Notes: a model not told the origin generated them from the sequence alone. Positions 1 to 12,802 are shown, counted from the first letter of the stretch. The stretch: DNA of 64,000 nucleotides from Cyanophora paradoxa CCMP329 (GCA_004431415.1 QPMI01000058.1:310001-374000); one strand, 5' to 3'. Translations and numbers: made by a program.

Positions 1-456
1 AAAATACCACGAATTCCACGTTACGACGAATTGTAGTAGAAATAGAGCATATACGTTGGACATTGAAAATAACAGTTATACCATAATGTCTTCCACTTGT
101 TACCAGTTTAGATAACACAGCTGAGTTATGCATATCCAAATTAGATCCAATCATGTCATCTAAAATAATTACCAAACTATTACGCTTCTCATTGTTCTCG
201 ATTCGTTTCTTTTGCATACTAATGAGTTTCACTACTACATTATCATCCATTCCTCGTAGATGTTATCGGATGCGTAATATCTCTGAATTGACCAGTGAAC
301 GCAGTGGAACTAAATATAACAATCTGATCGATCTTATCCCGCAGTTCATAAAGTAGATATTTACAATACGTTGTCTTCAGATTAGAGCCCAGCAAGAAGG
401 AGTTTAGCTGTTTTTACCGGGTCGAATTCGGTAATATCGTTTAAATCTATATCCAT
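1..456 (-). CDS. A32/FtsK-HerA-type genome packaging ATPase (5' part, frameshifted, runs off the window)
   Basis: Manual minus-strand translation gives MDIDLNDITEFDP..., FSSTAFTGQF, NIYEEW, VIILDD (Walker B), SGRHYGIT and QRICSISTTIRRN, collinear with the intact ATPase at 32814..33518. Not in the ORF track because of indels. Confidence 0.85.
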
Positions 457-574
457 TTACTGTGTGTCCGTTACAGTAATAAGATAAAAAACAAAATCAC
501 ACGCTAACCTATACGCAATTCGCAGGCTTCCTACTTTAAAGAACGAAAAGAACTTTACTTCCTTCGGTCGTTGC

Positions 575-592
575 GCGCGGGCGAAACCGCGC
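575..592 (-). terminator. GC-rich hairpin directly after the MCP stop codon (candidate 3'-end signal)
   Basis: GCGCGG-GCGAAA-CCGCGC stem-loop abutting the MCP stop at 593 in AT-rich context. Function is inferred. Confidence 0.35.
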
Positions 593-1818
593 TTAGAAGT
601 TAGAAACTTTCAGTGTGGAAATGTTATAGCCATTGAGAACCATGACATTGTGACGGAGCGCGTAAATATCTACCTGAACCGGCGCCGCATCAGTGCAACC
701 GGAAACAGTCAGATCCATGTACGAACTTGAAGAGTTGAAGAAATCTTGGTATCCCATGACGGAGTTGTGGAGGGAATCCTTGCCGCTCTTGCTGAGAACA
801 ATTCCGTAAACATTACCAGCCTCAAATCCATAAGAGACATTACCAACTGTAACACCCTTATAATGAGTAGGAATGTGATTAATAGCGGAGAGGAAACCGC
901 TAATTGGTTTGTTGGAAATATCGAGCGAACGGTTGTTGTGGAAGATTTGGAACTGATCAATTTTAACATCCGAAACGTGACCACAAAAGTCAGAGTGAGT
1001 GTAAGTATTGAGTTTGTTTACCTCACGTACCGTCATCAGAACACTGTGAACCAGACCAGAAACATTAGCAAGCGTCACCTCGACGGTTTCCCAGCATCGG
1101 CAGTTTTCAGCGCACGAGTCTTCTTGTGGATCACCTCAGTAATAGGGATACGAATACCGCCTTGCTCATTTGCCGTCTTTAACAGAGTCTCAGCCTCCGC
1201 AGAAGCAATATTAACGAATTGACAGATGAGGGAACAGTCTGCAATGATTGCCGATCCACCAGCAGGGACTTCGACTATTCCAACATCGCGGAAATCAACC
1301 TCAATCGTGGGCATATCCGCCAGAACGCAAAGAGGGAAATAGGCATCATCCCAGAATTGTGCGGGAATTCTTACAATGTACTCCATTGATTCATTGGTGC
1401 TGTCACGATCGATTTCCTTGAAGAAACCAAGAGAAGCATGCAGACTACCCATGGTAGAATGATCAGTATCAATAAGGGCATTCACAGTAATCCAATCACC
1501 GGGGATGATGTACTTAAACCCACCATGTACGAAGCGGATCTCATTGATGAATGAAGCGCCGCCATTGGGAAGAGTGCAAGCAACACCACCACCAGTGGTC
1601 ACTTTGAAATAAAGCGAAACGCCACTGAGGAGTTGCTTGCGTGGGAGATCGAAGTAAGCGGTCGTCTTAAACCCAAAGGTATTACCGCGTGGACGGACTT
1701 GTTCGAGGAATGGTTTGTATTTGGGGTTGGTTCCGATTTGGAGACCGGGTGATAGGTAAATTTGATCCGATCCGGGAGTTACAAGGAGTTCCTTTAAAGT
1801 TGTCCCAGCAAGCGACAT
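593..1818 (-). CDS. Major capsid protein (probable double jelly-roll), split by one frameshift at ~1085
   Basis: ORFs 1075..1818 and 593..1078 together align end to end with the intact 409-aa ORF at 33519..34748 (LKELL...GIVLSKSGKDSLHN...STLKVSNF). Size, beta-rich pattern and position between ATPase and penton fit an MCP. Confidence 0.8.
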
Positions 1819-1870
1819 GTCTTATGTTTAAAATACGAAAAGAAAATTTTAAATTACAATATTAAACAGA

Positions 1871-2773
1871 ATGACGCGTCATTACCTTAATATTGATTCC
1901 AGAGACCGAGATGATGGAACCCCAACAAACTTAACTTATAAACTTCCCCATGCAATCCAAAAGGTTAAAGCGTGTCGTGTTACTAATTTCGAAATGTTCA
2001 ACAACATCTACAATCTCAGCGAAAATGGAACGCTCATTACGTCTACTTTGGATGCCGCGAATGCGATTAAGACCAGAAGTAATATTATTACGAAAGGTAC
2101 ATACACAACAGATAGTTTGGTGAATCTACTAAATGCAAAACTCACCTCTCAGTCATATGGTGCAGTTGGAACTACGTATACTCGCCGTTTCCACGTAATA
2201 TACGATCCTGTTACCATATCTCTAAGGTTTATGTCGGATGTAGTGTTCAACCTACGCTTTGGTAGTAGGATCTTAGCAAACTTCCTCGGTTTCCCTGATC
2301 TTACACCTGCGAGTTCGGAAAATGGTTATGCTTCCGCTCCTCTTGATGCGCCGGTTGAGATTGGTTCAATCACTTACAACCATTATATTGATAGCGTAAT
2401 ACCACTCGATCTTCTATTTAATTCGTACATCCTTCTACATGTCGACCCCTTCAAAGGCAACTATGTAAGCAAGAACACCAGTGATGATAAAGCGCTTGCT
2501 AAAATTGAGATTGACCAAACGGTAGGTAGTCTTCTGAAATACGATTCATCGAATAACTCCATGATCTTGCATGAGCAGAACGGGGAAGTTGAAGTGGAGA
2601 CACTGAAAGTGCGTCTCACGTATTGGAATGGTGTTGAAACTGACATTACCACTGATTGGTCTATGACTCTTGAACTGATAACACAAGATGACAAGGATCT
2701 GACAAAGAAGGCATTGAAAAACGTCATAAAAGAGTTAGAAAGCGTTTACTTGCCGTTCTCCCGTAATATGTAA
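1871..2773 (+). CDS. Minor capsid (penton) protein
   Basis: N-terminal LNIDSRDR...YKLP..IQKVK motif and C-terminal LKVRLTYWNG...DWSMTLEL, typical of PLV/NCLDV single jelly-roll pentons; divergent from MCP; homologue at 34793..35668. Confidence 0.75.
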   Translation: MTRHYLNIDSRDRDDGTPTNLTYKLPHAIQKVKACRVTNFEMFNNIYNLSENGTLITSTLDAANAIKTRSNIITKGTYTTDSLVNLLNAKLTSQSYGAVGTTYTRRFHVIYDPVTISLRFMSDVVFNLRFGSRILANFLGFPDLTPASSENGYASAPLDAPVEIGSITYNHYIDSVIPLDLLFNSYILLHVDPFKGNYVSKNTSDDKALAKIEIDQTVGSLLKYDSSNNSMILHEQNGEVEVETLKVRLTYWNGVETDITTDWSMTLELITQDDKDLTKKALKNVIKELESVYLPFSRNM

Positions 2774-2805
2774 TTTTGTAAATTATTTTTGTTGTGTTAT
2801 TTCAA

Positions 2806-3570
2806 ATGCCTCGCAAGACTCAACCTAAGAATTTCTTAGCCAAACCAGCGGTGGAAGCGGACGTTGGCGATGGTGAAATGAAAGGAAGGAATTGGTACAA
2901 GAAATCCAAGGGTGTTGCAGCGTATGGTAATGGTGACATTGATCGTGGTGTTCACAAAGATAGAAACCAATATACACAAGCATCAACAAAAGATGTGAAT
3001 GATGATAATGCCCTTGTTAATCAAGTCCCGCTTAATCGTATGCCCGGTGCAAAGCGCGGAATTAAAAAGGGTCAGTTCAAATCATCAACCACTGAGAAGG
3101 TAGCGACATCGTCGACCCTTCTTAAACTCCTCGATGGCGGTGAACGTCTATACTCAACCTATTCTGAGAAAGACCACCGCAACCGTTACTTTATTAGAGC
3201 GGTAACAGGCGGTCTAAAAACGATCACATACCAACACGCTAAAAGTCTCATTGAGGGAATCGCCGATGAGACACAAAAAGAGAAGAAGATCAAAGAGCAA
3301 CCTATAACCAAAGAGAAGGTAGAGAAGAAACCCGAAGTTACTTTTGATGTGCTACCTGATCCCATTAAGGTTGTCAAGGAATCACCGACTGAATTAATCG
3401 CTAAGACTATCGATTATCAGGAATCGAACAAAACCGATTTGCCGGTGCTTAATAAATCAATCCTGAGGGTGGCTACATCGCAATCTGACCCACTTAACTC
3501 GATTTCCAATGCGGCGCCGATGGTTTCGGGGTTCGCTAAGTTGGGCATTCGTCCAGGCTACCGTCATTAA
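2806..3570 (+). CDS. Conserved hypothetical basic protein (possible core/structural protein)
   Basis: Homologous to 35731..36338 (RYFI..VTG.LKTI, SILR.A.S..DP, PM.SGF.KLG.R); same position after the penton. Confidence 0.75.
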   Translation: MPRKTQPKNFLAKPAVEADVGDGEMKGRNWYKKSKGVAAYGNGDIDRGVHKDRNQYTQASTKDVNDDNALVNQVPLNRMPGAKRGIKKGQFKSSTTEKVATSSTLLKLLDGGERLYSTYSEKDHRNRYFIRAVTGGLKTITYQHAKSLIEGIADETQKEKKIKEQPITKEKVEKKPEVTFDVLPDPIKVVKESPTELIAKTIDYQESNKTDLPVLNKSILRVATSQSDPLNSISNAAPMVSGFAKLGIRPGYRH

Positions 3571-3801
3571 GCGACGGCTCACGCATCATTCTCACGCTAA
3601 AATAATCTCTTTAAAGAATAGCGCTAAACATCCATTCCGAGAGTTTGCGCTCACGTTTACTTATTTTTATAAGTGGCGTTGTAGAAAAGTTGTGATATCC
3701 ATGATCACGCTTTAAAATCACCTGTTCTGCGGGGTTCATTCGTAGAAACTTGAAGGGGTGACCTTCGAATTATTTTTCCGGCATCTTCTTGTATTGATGC
3801 G

Positions 3802-3895
3802 CAAAAAATGACGATGTTCCTGAAAAAGGTATATACCAATAACAAAAAGGATTTAAAGATTTCTTGCTATATATCAGAAGAGGAACAAGGAGAGA
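3802..3895 (+). promoter_or_regulatory. Candidate promoter copy 1 (CAAAAAATGACG...TTAAAGA...ATG)
   Basis: Same motif order recurs at 4314..4385. TTAAAGA starts 43 and 42 nt upstream of the respective ATGs. Confidence 0.4.
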
Positions 3896-4150
3896 ATGCC
3901 GATCAGCGAAGCCCAGAAACGCGCCATTTACCGCTACCGCAAGACCGAGAAAGGACGGGAGTATTTGAAGAAGTATAGTACCAAACTCTCCAAACAAATG
4001 ACTGAGATTTACAATTCTGATGAATGTTACCGGGCAATGAAAATCATGGAAAGTTCACAACGCCAGTACACCGCTAACGCTGTGTGCTACATCAAGTATC
4101 TGTATGGTGTTCCCTATTCTAATCGTGGACGCCCATCCATTTACTTCTAA
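3896..4150 (+). CDS. Small basic protein, probable DNA-binding
   Basis: 84-aa K/R/Y-rich ORF (SEAQKRAIYRYRKT) with its own promoter-like upstream region. Confidence 0.6.
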   Translation: MPISEAQKRAIYRYRKTEKGREYLKKYSTKLSKQMTEIYNSDECYRAMKIMESSQRQYTANAVCYIKYLYGVPYSNRGRPSIYF

Positions 4151-4313
4151 TCTCGTTTTTCTTGGCGCGCTTGCTCTGAGAAAGACGAAATCGCGGTAAA
4201 CGCGCTTTAAAAGATAAACACACCCATTCGAGTTATTTTTAGAGCCATCGAATGATGGTCGACCCTTTCCTTATTTTTATAATTTGCTTGACCGGTTGAT
4301 TTTCCCAATTGGT

Positions 4314-4385
4314 CAAAAAATGACGTCTTGCTATGAAAATCACTTAAAGAAATAATTTATTTGTATAGAATAGGAAACAAGCAAT
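4314..4385 (+). promoter_or_regulatory. Candidate promoter copy 2, upstream of the polymerase-helicase gene
   Basis: CAAAAAATGACG at 4314, TTAAAGA at 4344, ATG at 4386; parallels 3802..3895. Confidence 0.4.
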
Positions 4386-7300
4386 ATGCCGCGAGCATCG
4401 AATTTAAGGCTGAGAAAGAAGAAGCAAGAGATTGTGGCGAAGTCTATGCAAGCGTTTGTAGACGACAAGATCAACCGTGAGAAGTTTGAAGAGTTTCTTG
4501 ATGTGGTGACTTACCAGCGACCACGAGAGGACAAGTTGGATGATATCATTAGGGAAATCAATCGTTCGCTGTATCAGCGGTTTGAGCGTAAGCAACAGAA
4601 GAAGGAGGCAAAGGCGGAGAGGACGGCTAAGAATATCGAGAAGCGTGAGAAGCGCAAGCGTCGGGATCCCTTCCAAGAAATGATGGATAACCTTCGCGAG
4701 TATATCCAGAACTCACCCGGAAATATGGTAACTCTGCATGTCCGAGTTTACAAGGATATCGCACCCGATAAGATCCCGAACCTGCCCGCTAATTCCAATG
4801 TGGTTGAGGATGGCGGTATGTTCTACTTCGAGATGAAGAAGACAAGCACTAACCAACCTCTCGCGATTCAGTGTTCGAAAGAGGATCTGTTGAAGTCACT
4901 TGACAAAATCAAAAACACGTTCAATACCTTCCCAGCTCTGATGGGTGTTGAGAATATCCAAGAGTTCATGTTAGCGATCGCACAAGCGAATGTGGGCAAT
5001 CGTGATTTCCGATTCTTCGTTAAAGTTCAAAATGATATTTACGGGATATTGTCACATTCGAGCGAATCATTACCACAGACAATCAAGCGTATGTACCGAG
5101 ACAACAGCAAGCACTACGGGATTCGCAACATGCCCAATGATCATCTCCAAGTATCTGCGAACTGAGACCAACCACAAGCAAAGACATTGGGGGAACTCTT
5201 CGTACGAGGTGACAACTTCAAAGTAGGTCGCTGCGTTCCTGATGTTCTTGTTATGCACTTCGCCCAAGCGTTCCAGAAAGCCAATTCCAAAGGCAAGTAT
5301 AAATCGGTTGATTGGAGCCACAACGGTATATTCAAAATGATTCGTGGACGTGACCCAGTAGAAGGTGATGATTGGGGCTTTACATTTGAGGAAATTGTAG
5401 AAAAGGTTCTGTCAACTTACCGTATCGGGATGGTTACCATCGACAAAGACGACAAGACCGAGATACCTGAACTCACTTTCAAACCGAAAACGAGGAATAC
5501 CCACCTCACACCATCGGTCGCCTATGTGAAAATCGAAAATGGTCACTTATACCTTCTGAACGAGAATCTCAAATCTCTCACTCACTCTTTCAACGGATCG
5601 AAGTCAAACTCTGACACGAATCTTACGGTGGGGTCGCGATTCAAGATTATCAAGCAAAGAAAACATCGAGAATTTGCTGCAACTCCTGAGGATATCGTGA
5701 AGATCATCAATTCGGAGGAGATGAAGAGCCAGAGTAAAATTTCAATCTGTTACAGTGGGTTCTTGGACGATCTTCTGAAAGAGTTCATTGTGGATGTGAA
5801 CTACCAGGTTCACGCGGGATTCTCCCCAATGCGGAAGATTACACACATTCATTTCACATACGGTGAGAAGAGCATAACGGTTACCCCACCCGGTTCAGAT
5901 ACGGATGTGGAGACTGCTTATGCGGTGAAATTCAAGGACGCTGAATATCGTGAGAAATTCAAGCGGCTCAATCTGAAAATGTATCTGAGTCTTGTTAACA
6001 ATGCTAACAAGAGTACGTACAATGACCAAACTTCAACAGCGTTCCGCATTGGTTCACAGACTGCCCTGCGCGGGTTCTTTGATTTGGAGAAGGAGACCAT
6101 TGATGAGATTGGGTGGAGCGAGAATATCTACGAACACGACATGTGCAAAGCCTATCCTGCAATTATTGCAAAACAGATTGAATTCGTCCCAGTAATTAGT
6201 AAATTCGATAATTTCCAGAAGACCACGATCACTTCTGCTGAGGAAATCGAAAAGTACAACTTCTACTACGTTCAGTTGAAATCAAAGTATTTCAAACCGA
6301 TGAAAAATGCAGATGGAACGAAATACGAACTGAACATCTACGACCGTTATAAGCGCATGCTTATCGATTCACGGTACAATGTCATCCCAGGTATGGTTCT
6401 CAAAAAATACTACGAGGATCTGAAAGAGGACATTACGATTAAGGGGTTCTTCGACCATATAAATTGGTTCCAAACTATGCAGGCGACGTGATTAAGCAAA
6501 TCATGGAGAGTGACCTTGACCCAACAGACAAGAAGCAGATGCTTGTTGCTAATATTGGGCAAATAGGAAAACAGAAGAACCACAAAGTAAAGACCACGAT
6601 CTTTAACAAGCGTGACGATGCGATTGAATTCCAAAAGCAATATGGCGGAGAGGTAAACCATACGTGTTTGGTAAAGATCCAGCATCGTATGACCCAACCT
6701 GTTACGTCATCGCAGAGGAAGAAATCACAGAACCGTGCATCTACTATGTGAATCAAGTAGCAGAAAAGTATCTTACTGATGGGTTCCTACCGTTTCACAA
6801 TCTCATGTATTCTCTTATGAGAATGAATCTATACGAGAAGTGCATCGAACTCAGTAAGAAAGGACTTAATCCAGTCTCTGTTAATACTGATTGTGTCTAC
6901 ACGACCTCTTGTGATCCGATCCCTCTTGTGAGTTTCGACCGTCACAGCTACGACAACATTGGTGAATTCAGCATCAAGCATTGCCCCAATTTCACAAAGA
7001 AGTATATCGGGAACAATAAGGAGTTTAATTTCAAGCGCATTCACTACGGGAAATTGGAGCGCGAGGAGAACTTCGTGCAATTAGAGAAGTCGAATCACAT
7101 TATTTACTCGGTAGTTGATGAGTATAATACCACGGCAATTTGCGAAACTCTTGCTGCTCAGAAGCGATGGATTATATTAGGTGTCGTTCCAGGAGTGGGA
7201 AAGACCTACATTGGTGTTCAGTTTGGTAAGCGTTTCCAAAATCCCCTGTTCATTGTTCCGACAAATAAGAGGATTCGCGACATGAAGTTACAACATGGTC

Positions 7301-8466
7301 TTGCAAATGTTAAGACCATCTACGATGCTCTGCATCTAAAAGTCGACGATTCAAACATGGACGAGATTGTGGGTGGTAATGCTTCCGGATTGGTTGAGTA
7401 CGACTGCATCGTTATCGACGAAATCTGTCAATTCACAGTTCCAGAATTGGCGGCGCTTGCATACATTATGGAAGTGTTGTTCCCGGATAAGGTCTACATC
7501 GCCACAGGTGACCCACACCAAAATCCGCCCATTCAGGATATGACGGTTGACCAAAAAGAATACTACTCATACATTCTGCGTCTCCTGTTCAAGAACGAGT
7601 TAGTATTGAAGGTTAATAAGCGTCACAAGACCCATGAAGACCGTGATACTGTCGAGGAAATAAAAAAGGATCTCTTCGAGAATCGGTTGAGTGTTCCCGA
7701 TGTCATTAAAAAGTACAGGTTTGAAACGGTCGATACTTTGGGGAAAGATGACAGGGCGATAGTGTGCACCAATCGCAAGGCTGCGGAAGTCAACCTGCAA
7801 TTGCATAAATTGAACTACGGGGAAGATGTCCCGATTTTCGCGAAAGGTGTGGAGATTGTCGCAAAGCAAAGGATCGTGAAAAATGGTGTGACTATTCACA
7901 ATGGATTTACGTACACCATCAAGGCATATGACGACAAAGAGTTCGTCATCGAAGATATCGCTACAAAGGAAGTGATCACATTAGACCCACCTGCAATGAG
8001 ATATTTCTCACTTCCTTACGCTTATACCTGTCACGTGATTCAGGGTGATACAATCGATTGCAAGAGCGGTAATGTGGTGATCTATGAAGCGGGTGCGCCC
8101 TTCGTTTCTGCGGAATGGTTCTACACAGCAATCACCCGAACTACCGAGCTAAGTCGTGTGAAGATTTACCATGATGGGTATGAGTGGGCAGAACACGTTG
8201 TGAACATGAAGAAGTTCAGCGAGAGAATTGAGCAGTACAAGGAGCAAGACAAGAAGGCAAACAGACCGTTTGATGAGAAGGACTATGTCAATTGGGAGTG
8301 GTGCAAGAAACGCTACGGCAAGCAATATGGTCACTGTCTTCGTTGTTATGGAGGTATGGACTTCGATCTGAACGTAATTTCTATTGATCGAATCAATAAT
8401 GCGTTGCCCCATACTACCAAAAATTGTTTCCTGTCACATATTAGATGTAACTGCGCTGCTCAATAA
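4386..8466 (+). CDS. Divergent family-B polymerase - SF1 (RecD/Pif1-like) helicase - HNH fusion, split by ~3 frameshifts
   Basis: Four abutting or overlapping ORFs. PolB motif A HDMCKAYP, motif B KQMLVANIGQIGK, motif C VNTDCVY. Helicase motifs GVVPGVGKT, VIDE, GDPHQNPP, TCHVIQGDT, YTAITR. C-terminal CLRC...SIDRINN...HTTKNC...CN (HNH-like). Confidence 0.8.
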
Positions 8467-9517
8467 TGGATAACGTGTTATCTTACAAGAAGTATCGCCA
8501 GAAATTGATTAATGATAAAGTAAACTTTGATGAGGAAGAATTGAAAAAACGCTTTTTAAACTCAGAAGTGCATCAGATATTCAAGAAACCGAAAAAGCCT
8601 AAATCATTCCTAAGGATTGTTGCGAAACCACGTTCCTTCCAAGTAGATATTATGTATTTCAAAGGATTTCAAACTGCAAACAATGGTATTTTTAAGATGA
8701 TTAGTTTTGTTGATATTCTGAGCAGAAAGGCGTTCGTGTATCCTTTCAAAACGAACGAGAACATCCCAAGTATTCTAAATCGATTCAAACAGGACGCAGG
8801 TAAAGTTGCTGCTCTATCGGGAGATAATGAGTTTTCCAGCGCAATGTATCGCAATTGGTGTGGAGAACATGGGGTGCGATTGTATACCGATGTCGCTAAG
8901 GATGAACACATTACAGTTGGTGATAAACTCGGAATTATCGATCGATTCACCAGGACTTTCAAGCAGTATTTACGGAAGGCAATGACATCGAATGGGACAA
9001 GTAAGTGGATTGATTTAGTGACCGAAGTTCTCGCCATTTATAACAATTCACCCATAGTGCCTTGAAGAATGATTCACCAAATACAGTGTATTCTAACGAA
9101 GATAAACAACTATATATTTACCTTCGGGATACTGTTCACAATAATAACGTGAAGGGAAATGAGAGAGTCGATGTTAAACCAGGTGATACTGTTCGAGTGT
9201 TAGAAGGTAAGAAGAGTGCATTTGAAAAGGAAGGTGCGAGGTTTAGTCAAAAGGTTTATAAAGTTGGAAGGTCTGATGGGAATAGATTCAAAGTGTTGGA
9301 AGATATGGATGGGGACGAGAAGGAAGTTAAGCGACGCTTCAAGAAGCAAGAATTACAGAAAGTGAAAGTTAATGAAGTCATTAAGATTCCATCGCAAAAA
9401 CGAATAACAAGAGTAAAGAAAACGAATACAGTTAATCAAAGGTTGAAGAAAGAAGGAATCAAACCGAACCGAAGTAATGTTGTGAAAAGAAAGTATAATC
9501 TAAGAAGTCGTGCATGA
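8466..9517 (+). CDS. Retroviral-type (rve) integrase, frameshift at ~9060
   Basis: FQVDIMYF, VDILSRKAFVYP, SGDNEF, KLGIIDRFTRTFK, YNNS; downstream ORF 9062..9517 carries PGDTVRVLE..FEK..YKV as in the B and C integrases. Confidence 0.9.
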
Positions 9518-9881
9518 TTTATTTTTATTAAACTTTTGGTTAAAAGTTACTGTGAATCGTGGGAGAAGAGGCATTCTGCCGACTTAACGAAGTCACCGCG
9601 CGAAAAAAGACGAATTCTCTTTACGACGGTAAATGGTGCGGTTATCGATCGTGCAGTGGTCGTCTCACTGTGTATCGTGCGAAATCGTGCGTAATTGTGG
9701 GAGACACCGCGCATAAAAAGATGAATTGGATCGAGTGAATCGATGAAGATCGGTCGTGAAACCGAAATTATCGATCGTGACACTGAGCCTTACGGTGATT
9801 TTCGATTAGATTCGGTGCTGTTACGGTGAATCGTAAGGATCCGCGGATTTAATTGTTGGAGACACCGCGCCAAGCTGAGCT
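9518..9881. repeat. Right terminal region of element A (probable TIR) with short iterons
   Basis: Non-coding. TAATTGTKGGAGACACCGCGC at 9692 and 9850, TTATCGATCGTG at 9642 and 9768, TTACGGTGA twice. Ends in CT-3' as Polintons do. The partner TIR is outside the window. Confidence 0.55.
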
Positions 9882-9905
9882 GGCGCGGCCCTAGGCACAT
9901 CAGCA

Positions 9906-12234
9906 ATGAGGTGGTGGGAGCATCCAGATGTCAGAGACCTTCCCAACAAGTTCGAATGCAGGTGTCCACCCGCAGAGAATCTGTCCGGGCTCTGCGGCAA
10001 TAACTTCCTGTGCAAGACTCTGTTTCCTAACATTCGCATCGACATGCCCAGCAACGCAGCAGCGGCATCGTCATCGCAATCGAGCAACCAACAGCAGTCA
10101 GCACCATCGAGCGGCCAGCAGGCGCCGTCCACCTCGAGCGGACAGGCGGCGAGTTCGAGCAGTAAGCCGCGTAATCGAAATTAAAGCGGCCAAATACTAG
10201 TGAACCGCCGCGGCCGCGCGGGCGCCCTCGGAAGCAGCCACCAGCACCTGCAGCTGTGGGCACAGATGGCGCAGCAGCTTCAGAATCACAGCCAGCAGAG
10301 GCAGCGGCTTCGAGCTCGAGCTCGAGGCAGCAACAACAAAAGAAGGGCTCGGCCGCAGCAGCCGGCAAGCGCATCGACACCACCGAATTTCGCCACCGAG
10401 TCCAGCGGATGTTCGCCGAATCCCGAGGCGCTGAACCGGTCCCAGCAGCATCAGTGCAGCGCGTAACTTTCGAAGAATATCGAGCCGCTATACAGCGTGT
10501 GAAGCCCGGAGCGGTGCTGCTATCTCGCGCCGACATCGAACACGTTAAGTACATCCTCGAAAACCCGGACGCGCCCGAGCCCAGCGGCAGCCCAGAGCAT
10601 GTGAAGCGGGTGAAGAATTGGCGCGAGTTCATGAGGGGGAAGTACACGCTGCGCGAGGTTCCAGATCCGACAGACAACCTGACAGCGGAGGAGCTCGCCA
10701 TGCCCAACCCGCGGCCAAGGCGCAAGCTTCGGCTGGTGGTGGAGAAGCAGGTTGACAACCGCTTGAAGCGAGGAAATTCGGGCGACGCCCCCCCACTGGG
10801 CAGGGAGCTGGTGTGTGACGAGGACATTTTCATCTGCATCCAGGTGCGATCGCGGTACAACGCAATTCTCTGCGCACGCGCAACGCATCTTCAACGCAAG
10901 CGTTGGGTTGCTAGCGTTGGACATTCTCAACACATGCGTTGACCATGCGTTGAACAGAATACATTTTAATTTTTATGTCCACTGCATTGCACTGTTTGTG
11001 ACGCGGTCATGATCGTGCGCAGCGCGAACACCTTGAGAGCGGGCACAAAGGTGGCACCGGTGTATACAACAATGCGAAGCAAAGGTACGCGATTCCTCGC
11101 TACCTGGTCCGCATCTACGTCAAGATTTGGTGAGTTTTCTGTCCACCGACAAACCAATCGTGACTAAGACTCACCTGCGGTCGTGGGGATGGGGCTGCAG
11201 TCCAGTCTGCAAGCTCAAGAACAAGAGGAGGCAGCCCGACGGGATCCTCCATCCAATCAAGGTGATTGGTTTCTGGATCGGGCAATTGTCAACTTCTTTG
11301 AGATGCCCAAGGCATGGGGCCCCTGCCCCGCATGGTGAGATGTTGTTATTGATGCGCCTGGCCGCGTGTTAAAATTTACCTGGGAGTTGCAGGAGTGGCT
11401 GCCGGGGTGGAAGTGGAATGAGAGCTCAGGCGAGCTCGAGAGGGTCTGGTACTGGGAGCAAGCAGTGCACGTGTGCCGGTACGAGAAGAAAATCCCGGAT
11501 CCCGAATTTCCGGGCTGCTACAAGACGGACTTTGTCACGGACGTCATTCCGCGATTCTGGGCATTTGTCCTGGCCATAAAGGTCAGTTTTCGGCACGGTC
11601 ATGCGCAGATTTCTGCATCCGGTAACGAACAACGGCGAACGCAGGACCACTACACTCGTTTCCTCATCTTGGAGGCTTGCGAATCAAAGTGCGCAGGCGA
11701 AGTTGCTGATCGTCTTCGCGAGAAATTTGCCTACTTCGGCGCATGCACAATCCTGTCCTGCGACAACGGATCGGAGTTCAAGAATGATGTGAAATTCCCC
11801 GATATCTCTTGTAAACTTCAATATTAATTATGTTAACGGAGTATGGCAGATCATGAAGGTCCTTATGGCGGCCTACCCGAACTCGTCCATCGCCTACGGG
11901 AAACCGTACACTCCAGAGCACCAGGGCTCTGTGGAGCGTGCGAACAGGGACTCGAAGCCGACGCTCGCGGCTATTTGCTACGAACGCCGGAACCAGAATG
12001 CGGAGGACTGGGCGAACTGGGCCCTAGCCATTCCCGATGTATTTAAAATCCTTTCCATACCCCATTTGAAAATTCCAAGTGCACTGATCGATGCTGGATT
12101 CTCAGGCAATGGAGTCCCACAACAGCATGAAGTTCGTGAACGGGCACAAGATGACACCCATCGAGGCCATGACCGGGCGCAGACCTTCACGAAGGCCTTT
12201 GGGAATTGAGCCACCGTCGGATCCGACAAGGCCG
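9906..12234 (+). pseudogene. Intron-containing Ginger/KRBA2-like rve integrase gene, copy 1 (3' part deleted)
   Basis: GT-AG introns at 11582..11644, 11789..11849 and 12039..12105 splice to IKDHYTRF...CDNGSEFKND-IMK...YTPEHQGSVERAN...MTPIEAMTGR. Lacks 1006 bp that is present in copy 2. Confidence 0.8.
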
Positions 12235-12802
12235 CACGACGTCCCGTGCCGGCACGCGGGCGGCGGCGGCGGCGGGGCGCCTCCCTTGGGCGAGGGCGTC
12301 GAGGCGCCGCCGGAGGGGAGCAGGGGGTCGCCCAAGCTTGCCGCCGACCCCGGCGCCAGCCGCTCCCGCACCACGTACAGCGCCGCAACCGGGCGGGGCG
12401 GGCAGCGGCGCGGGCGGGGGCCGCTCGCCCTCGAAGAGGGAGACTCGAAGAGGTAGACGAGAGGAGAGGAGGCCGGGCAAGAGGAGGCCGGGCAAGAGGA
12501 GGCCGGGCAAGAGGAAGGAGACGGAGGTGGAGACGGAGGTGGTGGGGAGGTGGAGACGGAGGTGGTGGGGGGCGCCGGGGTGGTGCAGGCCGGGGAAGAG
12601 GATACGGAGGGGCGCGAGGGGCACGGGGTACTCGTCTGGAAGAAAGGGAAGGGGGCAGTACGGGCCTTGACGGGGGAGCCCGCGAGCTCGACGGCGTGTG
12701 CAGCATGTGCAGTATAAACGGCCTGCGCGACCCTCATGAGACATGGGAACGATGATTTAGCGATGTCTTCTAATCGCCCTCTCCCGGCTGCTGAACCTTA
12801 TA

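Larger units (their letters stand above)
1..9881. mobile_element. Endogenous Polinton-like virus, element A (left part outside window)
   Basis: AT-rich, intronless, gene-dense block with ATPase, MCP, penton, PolB-helicase and rve integrase. Sharp junction at 9881/9882 (...AAGCTGAGCT|GGCGCGGCCCTAGG) into the host repeat, whose uninterrupted copy reads CCCGAA|GGCGCGGCCCTAGG at 18781. Confidence 0.9.
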
